A stretch of DNA of 64,000 bases from Candidatus Atabeyarchaeum deiterrae (GCA_037310415.1 CP147780.1:2432001-2496000); one strand, 5' to 3'; shown: positions 1 through 9,920, counted from the stretch's first letter. Made by a program: numbers and translations. The notes: generated by a model from the sequence alone, not told the origin.

Positions 1-597
1 TCCACTTCAATTGAGAGAAACATGAAGATAGCGCTGCGAGAATTGAATAAGCTTACAACACTTCTTAATCTGCCGAGAACGCTAAGAGAGTCAGCAGTTA
101 TTTACTACAACAAGCTGGTCAAGGAAAAACTGACATGGGGTCGGCGTATCGAGGAAGTCGTTGCAGCGGCTGTCTTCATAGCGAGTAGACTGGCGGGGAT
201 ACCCCACGACCTCGAGGAGATCAGCCAATATGCGGAGGTAAAGGAGAAGAATGTCGGTAGAGCCGTGAGGCTGGCGTTGGATAAACTGAAGATACGTCTT
301 CCTCCGCCCTCGGCCAAGAACTACGTCCCCAAGTATGTCTCGGATCTTGGTTTGCCGTACGAGGTTGCCTCTCGCGCCATCAGACTTCTCGAAGAGGTTG
401 AAGCAAAAGGTCTAGCAACTGGAAGAGATCCCTCTTGCCTTGCAGGAGCTGCAATCTATATTGCCACTAAGCTTGAGGGGAGGCCGAAGACGCAGATCGA
501 AGTCGCGGGAGTTGTGCATTGCAGCGAACTAACAATAAGGAACAGGAGCAAAGAGATGGGGAAGTTCCTTGGCATAGATATCAAGATCGGAGGATGA
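1..597 (+). CDS. tfb: Transcription initiation factor IIB, 5'-truncated by window edge
   Basis: Frame is open from base 1 (STSIERNMKIALREL). Two cyclin-fold repeats with GRRIEEVVAAAVFIASR and GRDPSCLAGAAIYIA...KTQIEVA...SELTIRNR motifs. Confidence 0.95.
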   Translation, partial: STSIERNMKIALRELNKLTTLLNLPRTLRESAVIYYNKLVKEKLTWGRRIEEVVAAAVFIASRLAGIPHDLEEISQYAEVKEKNVGRAVRLALDKLKIRLPPPSAKNYVPKYVSDLGLPYEVASRAIRLLEEVEAKGLATGRDPSCLAGAAIYIATKLEGRPKTQIEVAGVVHCSELTIRNRSKEMGKFLGIDIKIGG

Positions 598-785
598 GGA
601 TCTCCACAGGCGACACGAACTTGTTTCAACCGTGTCCTCTGAAAGTGCAGACTGAGAAGTGCGTGGCCATTCTCTTGGACTGGGTTACTTGCGGTACTAC
701 CCCTGGCACTTTGTCGATCAGCAAGATACAGAATAGGCTTATATTATTCGGACATCGATTAAACACTAGTGAGTGTTGAATCACG

Positions 786-801
786 ACAAAAGGTTTAACT
801 T
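786..801 (+). promoter_or_regulatory. Putative BRE/TATA promoter for the longin-7TM pair
   Basis: acaaaaggtttaactt about 95 nt upstream of ATG 894. Confidence 0.35.
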
Positions 802-893
802 ATGGAAGTCAATGCCTAGAATACTCTTGATTACCAGAATCATGCAATTACTACCCGCTCGAAAAGACAACGCATCTAGAGGGGAAGATCAAG

Positions 894-1430
894 ATGATTG
901 AATCACTATACATCGTTGATTCCTCAGGCATATGTCTCTACTCTGCTCCCCTCTCATCCGCAAAACAGGTTGGCTCAGACATGATCTGTGGGTTCATAGT
1001 TGCTCAAAACCAGTATTTTCAAGAAGCATTTGGGGAAAGCACCAAGAAGTTCACGCTAGAGAAAAAAGAGATTCTCATCCAAACTGTTGACCTAAAGAGT
1101 AGAAATGTTCTCTTAGCTCTCTCCTATAACTTGGGTGACAAGAGGGAAGAGAGCTTCGCAAAGACAATTCTCGATGGTCTATCCAGAAGCCTGAAAGGTA
1201 AGGAACAGATCTTCAAGAACCTCCCAGGGATCTCGACAAAGGAGCTAGATGAAGAACTGTCCAAGATTCTTGAGAAGACACTGAAGAATATTCTCTGCCT
1301 ATATTTAGTCAAAGGGTTCTTAGGTATTACTAATCACTGTCGGAAAACCGATACTCCTATAACTGATGACCGTCCGTGTGACTTCAACTATGCAGTCTTT
1401 CACTGCGATCGGTATAATCTCAAAACCTGA
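894..1430 (+). CDS. Longin-like domain protein with C-terminal 4-Cys tail
   Basis: N-terminus MIESLYIVDSSGICLYS...DMICGFIVAQNQYFQEAFG...KKFTLEKKEILI follows the longin beta-beta-alpha-beta-beta-beta-alpha pattern. Tail is C-x13-C-x12-C-x8-C. Confidence 0.7.
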   Translation: MIESLYIVDSSGICLYSAPLSSAKQVGSDMICGFIVAQNQYFQEAFGESTKKFTLEKKEILIQTVDLKSRNVLLALSYNLGDKREESFAKTILDGLSRSLKGKEQIFKNLPGISTKELDEELSKILEKTLKNILCLYLVKGFLGITNHCRKTDTPITDDRPCDFNYAVFHCDRYNLKT

Positions 1431-1456
1431 TGCGCTGTCTTGATGGAGGTAAGACT

Positions 1457-2158
1457 ATGGTGTCGTTGGCGCCCTTACTGATGTCGACTAACGCTATCCT
1501 TTTCATCGCAGTGGGCCTTATATTGATTGCCAGGGTGAGAGAAGCAAAAGGCTCACTACTCCCTGCAAAAATCAGCGTCGTTCTTGCGACTTTCTCGGCA
1601 GCTGGGACATTCATAACGGAAGCTGTTTCAGCCTTGAACTATCAGAACGTGTTACTAGTAAAACAGCTTTACCCCATTGAAGACCTGTTTGCAATGTTGG
1701 TTCTGGCATTTCTTGTGTCTTTCGCACTTTTTGCAACTTATAGCGGTTTTGATCGAAACGTGGTAGTAGTGCTTGTCTTTTTGTTGGCTCTGATCCCACC
1801 CGCTTATTTGACTCTTTCATATAATGAGGCTGTTGTGGGCGGAATCGATGAATTTGGCACTCTCATCTTCTCATCACCACCTTTGACTCATATCCTGTAT
1901 GCGATATGCGGCATTCCGCTGGGAGTACTGCCAATCTTAGTATTCGCCAGAACCTTTTTGATGGCGAGAAAAAGAGGAGATAAGATGCTGAGCAACAGGA
2001 GTGCGATCATGCTCTCGGCAGTCGCTGTCAACGAGGTATGCTACCTTATCTACGTTTTTGGGGGAGGAATATTCTCGTTGGGTGCGCTTATAGCTTGGAT
2101 ACCGGCAGCATTCTTCCTGCTGTACGCTGTGCTTAAGATTACAAGTTCGATTAAGTAA
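1457..2158 (+). CDS. Seven-transmembrane protein (stand-alone sensor-like)
   Basis: Seven hydrophobic segments by eye. SD ggaggt at 1445-1450 precedes ATG 1457 (ORF track start 1430 overlaps the upstream stop). Confidence 0.75.
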   Translation: MVSLAPLLMSTNAILFIAVGLILIARVREAKGSLLPAKISVVLATFSAAGTFITEAVSALNYQNVLLVKQLYPIEDLFAMLVLAFLVSFALFATYSGFDRNVVVVLVFLLALIPPAYLTLSYNEAVVGGIDEFGTLIFSSPPLTHILYAICGIPLGVLPILVFARTFLMARKRGDKMLSNRSAIMLSAVAVNEVCYLIYVFGGGIFSLGALIAWIPAAFFLLYAVLKITSSIK

Positions 2159-2269
2159 AACAGCAGGGTCAAGAGCCTGCTCCAAGGCACATTCGGCGAA
2201 ATATCTTCTACGTAGATGAACAAATAGAGCCGGCAATCAAAAAGGATGTTTTGCTGGATAAACCAGCGC

Positions 2270-3079
2270 TTAAAGTTTGTCAATGAAACCTTTGACAGCT
2301 TTGTTGAACTCGCCGGGTGATTCTATCATCGAGTGATGACCTATCTTTGGCTTGATCACTACCAGCTGAGAGTTCTTTATGTGATCCTTCATGTACTGAG
2401 AGTTCTTTGGATCCATCTGCCCATCTGTATCACTTGATATTATTAACACCGGAATGTTGATTTGCGCCAGCTTGTCTGTGCAGTCGTATTCTGCTACCCA
2501 AGATTCGACGCAGTTTGTCAATACGTGTTCTGGGCACTTCAAAGTCTCTTGAACGAATTTCTGGAAAAAGTCTTTGTGTTCATTGATGAACTTCGAGTTG
2601 AACCCTGTCCGATTTATGTTCTCAGCTGCCTGTTGGCGTGATCCCAAGAGTCCTTTCTTCAAGGCTTCCCCTAGTCCCTTCATCCCGGGATTTCCTTTTA
2701 GAGCGTATGTTGTATGACAGAGTATCAGTGCTTTCAGTTTCCTCGATAATGTTGGATCGGTGGCATAGGAAAGAGAAATGAACCCGCCCATAGAGTGACC
2801 GCACAGGACAAACCTCTCCTTGCTTAGAAGTTTATCGAACAACTGATTCGATTCGTCCAGGAACTCACGTACGGTGTAGCGAGCTTGCGGTTTGTCTGAA
2901 GCACCGTGTCCCTTCAAGTCAGGCGTGATGACCCGGTAGTACTTCGAAAGATAAGTGATCTGGTTTTGCCAGACAAAGCTATTCATTGACCACCCATGCA
3001 ACAACACAAGTGGGGGTGCTCCACTTCCTTCTTCCTTGTAGAATATTTTCGTTCCATCCTTCAAATTAAAGAAGGTCAA
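2270..3079 (-). CDS. Alpha/beta hydrolase
   Basis: LLHGW oxyanion motif, GHSMGG nucleophile elbow, C-terminal His (IGHHSMIE). Confidence 0.92.
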   Translation of the reverse strand: MTFFNLKDGTKIFYKEEGSGAPPLVLLHGWSMNSFVWQNQITYLSKYYRVITPDLKGHGASDKPQARYTVREFLDESNQLFDKLLSKERFVLCGHSMGGFISLSYATDPTLSRKLKALILCHTTYALKGNPGMKGLGEALKKGLLGSRQQAAENINRTGFNSKFINEHKDFFQKFVQETLKCPEHVLTNCVESWVAEYDCTDKLAQINIPVLIISSDTDGQMDPKNSQYMKDHIKNSQLVVIKPKIGHHSMIESPGEFNKAVKGFIDKL

Positions 3080-3160
3080 AGCATATTCTCCTCCTTATTT
3101 CGCATTATGAATGCATGATATGCCATTCATTCTTTTGATATTTGTGCTCTTGCATCGCCT

Positions 3161-3177
3161 TGAAAAAGAAAAGAAGG
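3161..3177 (-). terminator. Oligo-T terminator after ThDP enzyme gene
   Basis: Minus strand reads ccttcttttctttttca shortly after the stop at 3213. Confidence 0.4.
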
Positions 3178-3212
3178 CTCCTACAAGAGAGAACCTATAT
3201 CAGGATTTCTTG

Positions 3213-4997
3213 TTATGCCTCCTCGGCTTCAGCTGGCGCCCTTTCAGCGACTTCCATTTCCTTCTCTGGCGCCTCAATCTTGGGAGCCTTGACACCTTCA
3301 AGCCAGATCGACAGTATCAATCCCAAGTCTGGAGGCACCAAATGTATGTCTCTATTAACCATGACATCGAGTACTGCTGGGAGATGGCTGTCAACGGCTC
3401 TTTTCAGAGCTGGTTTGATTTCGGTTGGAGACTCCACTCGCTCTCCGTAACAGCCCATAGCTTTTGCCACTTGGTCATAACGGACATCGGTGAAGTCTAC
3501 TCCCTCAAACCTCGATTCGAAGCTCAATTTCTGACCTCCCTTAATCATGCCCCATTGTATGTCGTTGATCACAACTGCTATGATGTTTGCGCCGACGCGT
3601 TTAGCAGTTTCAAGCTCATGTATACTCAGCATGAAAGCCCCGTCGCCTGCAAGCAAGTAGACCGGCGTGTCTGGCTTGGCAAGTTTCGCTCCGATAGCAT
3701 AAGGCAGTCCCACTCCCAGGTGCCCAGAGTCAACAGCCGCCAGAAGAGTTCTAGGTTCATAGAACCTGTTTGCGTATAGCGCCCACACCGAAGTGTTACC
3801 ACCGTCAAGGCAGCAAATGGCGTTTCTAGGGAAAAAGTCTCTAACCTCTTTGATCACCCGCAATGTATGAATCGGTTTGGCGTTTGAAGTCAATGCTGCT
3901 TGGAATCCTTTCAACCAAGCTCTCTGAGCATCCCTCGCCTTCTCGAGTTTTGGATTCTCACTTCTCCTTGAAGTCAGGTTCTTAACTTCTTTCAGCAGTA
4001 GCGACAGAGTTACCTTAGCGTCACCAATTATGGCTATGTCAACTGGACGATTAAGACCAATTATCGAACCAGAGATGTCAATTTGGATGAGCTTCTGCTT
4101 CTCCGGAGTTGCCCACATTATTGGCTTGCCCCACATCTCATAGTCACCGAGCCTTCCTCCGACAAGGAGCACGACATCCGCTTGAGGTTGTGCCGTCAAT
4201 AATCCGTAGCCAGGCGTTACTAAGGCAAGAGGATGATCCTCAGGGACTACTCCTCTGGCTGTCGGTGAAGTCGTGACTGGCGCCGCAAGGTGCTCCGCAA
4301 GCGCAACTAATTCCTTGGAAGCCTCTGATTGTAGCACTCCCCCGCCAGCATGAATCAGCGGGAACTCTGCCTTCACAAGCATCTGTGCTGCCTTTTTGAT
4401 AGCATCAGGGTTTCCTGCTGGAGGATTTAGACATCTGTATGATTCAGGGGGAAGGATAGTTTTGGTGTCAACTTCACCTTGAGTCCAAAGGACATCCACG
4501 GGTAGGTCAACATGCACTGGACCCGGTCTGCCACTCGTGGCTTCTCTGAATGCCCTCTGAATGATTTCGGGAATTCTTTGGAAATGGGACACAACTGCAT
4601 TCCATTTAGTAATGCCTTTGAACAAGGCAAATTGGTCTAATCCTTGCGTGGATCCATGATCAGGATATGATTTCCACGTCTGGTTCTGGGCAGTTAGCGC
4701 TAAGACTGGAATACTATCGGCATATGCTGGATATAATCCTGGAATCAAGTTCGCTGCACCAGGTCCAACTGTCCCCATACACACGCCGGGAATACCAGTT
4801 ATTCGAGCGAAAGCATCAGCCATATTTGCCGCCGCTTCTTCGTGTCGCGCCCCAATGTATTTTATGTCAGCATCTTCGCCAAGCCTTTGAATCGCGTCAA
4901 CAAAGGTTAGCAACTGTCCGCCGACTATTCCAAAAACAAACTTGACTTTTTCCTGCTCCAGACACTTCAGGAGCAGCTCACCGCCAGATAACTTCAA
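3213..4997 (-). CDS. Thiamine diphosphate-dependent enzyme (acetolactate synthase large subunit / 2-hydroxyacyl-CoA lyase superfamily)
   Basis: RHEEAAANMADAFAR, GPGAAN, GRPGPVHVDLP and GDGAF...VINDIQWGMIK motifs. Start reassigned to TTG 4997 after SD ggaggg. Confidence 0.9.
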   Translation of the reverse strand: MKLSGGELLLKCLEQEKVKFVFGIVGGQLLTFVDAIQRLGEDADIKYIGARHEEAAANMADAFARITGIPGVCMGTVGPGAANLIPGLYPAYADSIPVLALTAQNQTWKSYPDHGSTQGLDQFALFKGITKWNAVVSHFQRIPEIIQRAFREATSGRPGPVHVDLPVDVLWTQGEVDTKTILPPESYRCLNPPAGNPDAIKKAAQMLVKAEFPLIHAGGGVLQSEASKELVALAEHLAAPVTTSPTARGVVPEDHPLALVTPGYGLLTAQPQADVVLLVGGRLGDYEMWGKPIMWATPEKQKLIQIDISGSIIGLNRPVDIAIIGDAKVTLSLLLKEVKNLTSRRSENPKLEKARDAQRAWLKGFQAALTSNAKPIHTLRVIKEVRDFFPRNAICCLDGGNTSVWALYANRFYEPRTLLAAVDSGHLGVGLPYAIGAKLAKPDTPVYLLAGDGAFMLSIHELETAKRVGANIIAVVINDIQWGMIKGGQKLSFESRFEGVDFTDVRYDQVAKAMGCYGERVESPTEIKPALKRAVDSHLPAVLDVMVNRDIHLVPPDLGLILSIWLEGVKAPKIEAPEKEMEVAERAPAEAEEA

Positions 4998-5272
4998 GGT
5001 TATTTTTCGCCCTCCATTGGGATTATTTCTTCTTTTTGATCGATAATTGCTATTGCATTCGAACATGAACCTTCTGGATATAATGGTAATATCTGAAGCC
5101 AACCAAGATATCATCTTTTGCATTCTTCGTGGCTCAATAAGTCCGCTCCAATCACTCTGTATTGATATCTTGCCAAAAATGGGAAATGAGGAACCACTCT
5201 TGTCATAACTTTGCGTTTGAAGAACATCTTTCGGAGTGTACGTAAGCTTCAAAAAGAGGTGAAAAGGGATTC

Positions 5273-6433
5273 TTAGGTTCTGCCGTGTTTTCTGAATAGT
5301 AGCACGCCCATGAGGAGCACTGCGATGCTATAGGCTGACAATATTGCCATGTCGACTAGTATGATTGGACTTGTTACGGGGGCGCCTCTCAGCAGCAGTG
5401 ATGTCAAGGCGTCGGTAGCATAGTAGCTGGGTACGAACTGGCTGACTGCCTGCGCTGCAGACAATCCGGTTGTAACATATGTGCCTAGAAACATTAGAGG
5501 TAGTATGAAGATAAACGACAATCCCGTGGCAGCGCCTGAGGACTTGGCTAATGCGGCTGTGATTAGACCGAACCCGATGCAGCACAGCGAGAAGATCGAC
5601 ACGACAATGAATGCCACTATGATGTTTACAATATCGCCTTTTGCATGAAATCCAATGAGAAAAGCCGTCAGAAAGACTAGCGCGGCTTGAATGATTGCCA
5701 TAAGCATGTTGGATATAGCGCGACTTCCTAGGAACTCTGCGGGAGTAGTTGGTGTGATGTTGATTCTTCTCAACACGCCTGTTTGTCGTTCATCCACAAA
5801 TGACTGAGCGACAATCATGATCAGGAAGATTGCGGCGAAAGCGAAGAGACCTGGAGCCATGAAGTCAAAACCCGTATACTTAGTGACCTGCGTCAAAGAC
5901 GGGCTGCCAATCTTAATTGGGCCAGAAGTGGAGGTCTGATGAGATCCGAAGACCGTTGCCACTATTGCTTGTTGGACTATGGGAGGGATAGCTTGCGTGG
6001 CGAAGAGTGATCCGCTGTCAACATAGAGTTGGATCGTCGTGTTTGTCCACAGGCTCGAATTCGTTGGGTACTGTATGAATGAGACGCAGCTTTCGCTGAA
6101 GTTTTCCGGGATGATCATTACAGCCTGTATCCTGCCCTGAACAAGGTCTGCCTGTGCAGCTGCGTTGGTTGAGTAGTCCGAGACTATGATGATTTTGCTT
6201 TCAGTTAGGTTGCCTATTAAGTAGTTTGAAGACTGGTATGGAGGAGTCAAAGGATCTTGGTTGACAACGCCGACTTGGTAAGTAGTCGACCCCCCGCCGA
6301 TCGCCCCGAAGGACACTCCAAGTGCCAAGGTGAGAATCACAGGGAAAAGCAGAAGCAGGAAAAATGCGGCCGGTTCTCTCTTCAGTTTCTTGAGATCAGC
6401 TTTGGTGAGTGCAGAGACTCTTCTGAACTTCAT
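5273..6433 (-). CDS. ABC-2 type exporter permease
   Basis: N-terminal TM, large extracellular loop, ER-x-x-G-x-L-RR motif (ERQTGVLRR) and further TMs. Adjacent to the ATPase. Confidence 0.9.
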   Translation of the reverse strand: MKFRRVSALTKADLKKLKREPAAFFLLLLFPVILTLALGVSFGAIGGGSTTYQVGVVNQDPLTPPYQSSNYLIGNLTESKIIIVSDYSTNAAAQADLVQGRIQAVMIIPENFSESCVSFIQYPTNSSLWTNTTIQLYVDSGSLFATQAIPPIVQQAIVATVFGSHQTSTSGPIKIGSPSLTQVTKYTGFDFMAPGLFAFAAIFLIMIVAQSFVDERQTGVLRRINITPTTPAEFLGSRAISNMLMAIIQAALVFLTAFLIGFHAKGDIVNIIVAFIVVSIFSLCCIGFGLITAALAKSSGAATGLSFIFILPLMFLGTYVTTGLSAAQAVSQFVPSYYATDALTSLLLRGAPVTSPIILVDMAILSAYSIAVLLMGVLLFRKHGRT

Positions 6434-6434
6434 C

Positions 6435-7193
6435 TCACACTTCCTCCCTTATTCTTCTGCCCGTCAGCTGAATGAAAACATCTTCCAAGTTCTTTGCACC
6501 AGATCTTGCCTTCAGTTGCTTTGGAGCATCAAGTGAAATGAGTTTTCCGTGATCTATTATGCCGACTCGGTCGCAAAGTTCCTCAGCCTCCTCCATATAG
6601 TGAGTCGTCAGAAGCACGGTCTTGCCCTTCTTATTCATTTCTCTTATGAAATCCCAGACTGCATGACGAGATTGTGGATCCATTCCGACCGTTGGTTCGT
6701 CGAGAAACACTATCTCAGGATCATTAACCAGTGCCATCACCAAGTTTAGCCGGCGTTTCATGCCTCCGCTGTATGTTCCAGCTCGCCTCTTGGCATCTTC
6801 CAGCAAACTCATCTTCGCTAATAGCCCTTCTGTGTTCTTCTTAAGTCTGCCTTTCGGCACCAAATACAGATTTGCGAGAAGCTCAACATTTTCCCTTCCG
6901 GTGAGGTAAGGTATTATTGCTGAATCTTGCGGACAGACGCCTATCATCTGTTTGACTTTCATCGATTCCTTCTGGACGTTGTATCCGCCAACCGTGGCAG
7001 AGCCAGCTGTAGGTTCTACGAGACCAACGAGAACATTGATTGTGGTGGTTTTTCCCGCGCCGTTTGGTCCAAGCAGCCCGAAGAGTTCTCCTTTTGCGAT
7101 TTCAAGGTTCAGTTCGTCAACCGCAGTGATCTCCCCATATTTCTTTGTTAGATCATTTATAATGATTGCTGCCTTTTTCATGTTCTCACTCAT
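6435..7193 (-). CDS. ABC exporter ATP-binding protein (DrrA/NodI-like)
   Basis: GPNGAGKTT, YSGGMKRR, LDEPT and TTHYMEEAE motifs. Confidence 0.96.
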   Translation of the reverse strand: MSENMKKAAIIINDLTKKYGEITAVDELNLEIAKGELFGLLGPNGAGKTTTINVLVGLVEPTAGSATVGGYNVQKESMKVKQMIGVCPQDSAIIPYLTGRENVELLANLYLVPKGRLKKNTEGLLAKMSLLEDAKRRAGTYSGGMKRRLNLVMALVNDPEIVFLDEPTVGMDPQSRHAVWDFIREMNKKGKTVLLTTHYMEEAEELCDRVGIIDHGKLISLDAPKQLKARSGAKNLEDVFIQLTGRRIREEV

Positions 7194-7351
7194 CCCACAT
7201 TTCTAGGAACACTGCCAGCCTTGTGAAACATGATGACTCCTCGAGTAAGCTCCCGCCTACATTGCTTCCTTGAGAGAGTCTTTCGTATAAAAGGCTAGCC
7301 AAATGGATTTGTACTCAAGTGCAAGTGCACTGATCCTTCGACTTGACCTGA

Positions 7352-9757
7352 CTAGAGTTGATGCGCCGTCCGGGAGATTATCTCGTCTTGCATCTCTTTT
7401 CCAAGCATAACAAAGTAAGCGTTGTATCCTGTGACCCTCACTAACAAGTTCTGATAATTGTCGGGATGTTTCTGGGCATCCTTCAAAGTGTCCACATCTA
7501 CTAAGTTGACCTGCAAGCTTGTTCCGCCCAACTTATCGAATGCTCTAAGTAATGCTCCGAATTTCCTCAGGTGCTCTTCATCTCTGAAAGTTGCTGGGCT
7601 GAGTGTTATCACGTATGATGCGCCATTGGGAACGACATCGTATCCAAGTTTGCAGACAGACTTGAATGCCGCGGTCGGTCCCTTCACATCTCTTCCTTGT
7701 ACTGGAGAGACACCGTTTGACAGGAACCTTCCCCGTTTTCTGCCGTCTGGCGTGGAGGCGACCTTTGGTCCATTGTCAATGAAGTAATTCCATGAGAGGT
7801 AGCCAGCTCTGTATTTTCGTCCAGTTGCAGGCGAAGTGTATTTAATCACTTCTTGAGCCCAAAACCTTGACAGTTCTCTTGCTATGCTGTCAGCATACTC
7901 GCTGTCATTTCCGTATTTTGGTGCCTCATTTATGAGCATTTGTCTTAGTTTCTCGTTTCCTGCGAAATCTTTCTTGATAGTTTCGACGAGATCCTTCATT
8001 GAGACTTTCTTGTCATCATAAACCAGTTTCTTAACTGCTGTAACCGAGTCAGCGAGAGTTGCGATGCCAACTCCTTCCACAGTTATGAAATTGTATAATG
8101 TGCCACCTTGTCTTACATCCTTTCCTTTCTCCAAGCAGCCTTGCATTAGAGCCGAGCAGTATGGAATGGGCTCGAATTGAGCTCTTATGGCGTCGAAGCC
8201 GCTGGCCAAGTCGATGGTGTGCTTCAGGATCGCTTTAATCTGTTCTTTGACAGCAGTCATGAACTGGTCATATGTCTTGAGATTCGTTGGGTCACCCGTA
8301 TTCGGTCCGATTTGTTCGCCTGTTGCCATGTTCCTACCATCATTCAGTGCCAGCTCAATGGCTTTGGCTAGGTCGGGGTTAACGTCTACTGTGCCCGACC
8401 TGTCTCGCCCATATTGGGCCGTGTTCTCTAAGCAACCAACGACACCATAATCCCAAGCCTCCTTGGGGTCAATTCCTTCCTTGATGAGTGCAGGTATTAC
8501 TATTCCATCGAAGTTCAACAGGAATGGAGAACCATGACACTTCTTGATAGATTCGCACAGCCGGAGCATGAAACCGTCAGGTGTATTCTTGTGTATCCTG
8601 ATAGAACGCTTGGGCTCAAGTAAGTCTAGATCCTCGATCGCTTCCAGAAAAACATAGGTCAAGTCATTAGTCACGTCTTCCCCAGTCGGGCCTTGCCCTC
8701 CAAGCGTCATTAGCTGGCCGAAGCCTGCGCTTATGCCTTTGTCACCAAGGCGTGCGAAATCGTAGGCGTAGTTATGCTTGATCATCCAACACTCCACAAG
8801 CTCCTTAGCATAGTCACGCGTTAGCTCACCTGACTCCAAGTCTTTCTTATAGAATGGGAACAGGTATTGGTCTATTCTTCCGTGCGAGAGCCCTGGACCA
8901 GGGTAGGATTCTGCTAGCATGAACAACATGTGAGTGAGCCAAAGTGATTGTAGTGCTTCATGGAAAGACTTAGCAGGGGTCCAAGGAACTTTTTCGCAGA
9001 TCTCTGCAACCTTCTCCAATTCCTTCCTTCGTTGGGCATCCTTCTCCTGCCGAGCCAGTCTTCTAGCTTCCGCAACATACCTCTCAAAGAACTCTTTTGC
9101 GGCATCGCAGCAGATGACTATTGAGCGGGCTAGATTTTTCTTCTCTTCAGTGTCTGCTTTCTTCTCAAGGAATTGCTCTGCCTCTTCCTTTACTGATTTG
9201 AACCCCTCTTTTAGTACTCGTGGATAGTTTGGTATGATGTGACCTGGTATGGAGCCACAATTCATTACTCCAATGTTACATAGGTGGATCTCCTTGGCAA
9301 CAAGCTCATCCTCTCTCTTCTTCCACTCGGCAGCCTCATTTTGATCCAGGCAAAGCGAGAAGGCTGTGTTGAACTGCCCACCCACTACGAGTTCTCCTTC
9401 CAGAATTTGCACTGGGATCACGCGGAGAACTTGCTGCAAGAATATGGCTTTCCTGATAATCAGCGGTTCATCCCAGAACCCTTCAGGTAAGTCCACTTTC
9501 TGAGCAAGAGCTAGAAGGCTCTCGCAAATCGGCTTAAGGAAATCAATTTCCTCGGGAACCGTAATCCAGTTATGGGGGACAAACACGGCGTCCCAAGACT
9601 TGCCAGTAGTGTAAGGCATAACCTCATTCCTGAAGTAATCTCTATTGTCATAATCAAAATACTCATCTCTCAACTTCCTGACTCTAGGAGAAAGCGACTT
9701 GGAGGGCTCCCACGTCTCTAACTTGTTTGAAATAGGCACTTTAGCAACTTGAACCAA
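7352..9757 (-). CDS. Glycyl radical enzyme (PFL2/PflD-like)
   Basis: GRIDQYLFPF, thiyl loop GVVGCLE, PKYGND, TPDGR and C-terminal glycyl motif LLVRVTGYNAYF; 801 aa. Confidence 0.93.
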   Translation of the reverse strand: MVQVAKVPISNKLETWEPSKSLSPRVRKLRDEYFDYDNRDYFRNEVMPYTTGKSWDAVFVPHNWITVPEEIDFLKPICESLLALAQKVDLPEGFWDEPLIIRKAIFLQQVLRVIPVQILEGELVVGGQFNTAFSLCLDQNEAAEWKKREDELVAKEIHLCNIGVMNCGSIPGHIIPNYPRVLKEGFKSVKEEAEQFLEKKADTEEKKNLARSIVICCDAAKEFFERYVAEARRLARQEKDAQRRKELEKVAEICEKVPWTPAKSFHEALQSLWLTHMLFMLAESYPGPGLSHGRIDQYLFPFYKKDLESGELTRDYAKELVECWMIKHNYAYDFARLGDKGISAGFGQLMTLGGQGPTGEDVTNDLTYVFLEAIEDLDLLEPKRSIRIHKNTPDGFMLRLCESIKKCHGSPFLLNFDGIVIPALIKEGIDPKEAWDYGVVGCLENTAQYGRDRSGTVDVNPDLAKAIELALNDGRNMATGEQIGPNTGDPTNLKTYDQFMTAVKEQIKAILKHTIDLASGFDAIRAQFEPIPYCSALMQGCLEKGKDVRQGGTLYNFITVEGVGIATLADSVTAVKKLVYDDKKVSMKDLVETIKKDFAGNEKLRQMLINEAPKYGNDSEYADSIARELSRFWAQEVIKYTSPATGRKYRAGYLSWNYFIDNGPKVASTPDGRKRGRFLSNGVSPVQGRDVKGPTAAFKSVCKLGYDVVPNGASYVITLSPATFRDEEHLRKFGALLRAFDKLGGTSLQVNLVDVDTLKDAQKHPDNYQNLLVRVTGYNAYFVMLGKEMQDEIISRTAHQL

Positions 9758-9920
9758 CCCAAAACACCAGCCAAAATGAACTTCTCAGAACAGAGATTTC
9801 CCTGTCACAATAGTAACCTAGCGACAATTCGACGGTAATAAAGATTGCTTTCAGCACTCACTGCACCAGATTATTCCCTGATTCAAGCCGCATTCTGAAC
9901 GTGCAAGTCGGACAAGGACT

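Noticed and set aside
1457-2158. 7TM proteins (also 20238..20927) as rhodopsins or true GPCRs
   Set aside because: No mid-helix-7 retinal Lys and no DRY/NPxxY motifs.
4998-5252. 85-aa N-terminal extension of the ThDP enzyme in the ORF track
   Set aside because: Family similarity begins at LSGGELL and an SD precedes TTG 4997; the extension is intergenic sequence.
2270-9757. A single operon GRE-ABC-ThDP-hydrolase
   Set aside because: Gaps of 130-280 nt, T-tract terminators and a separate TATA-like box at 7286-7293 argue for separate units.
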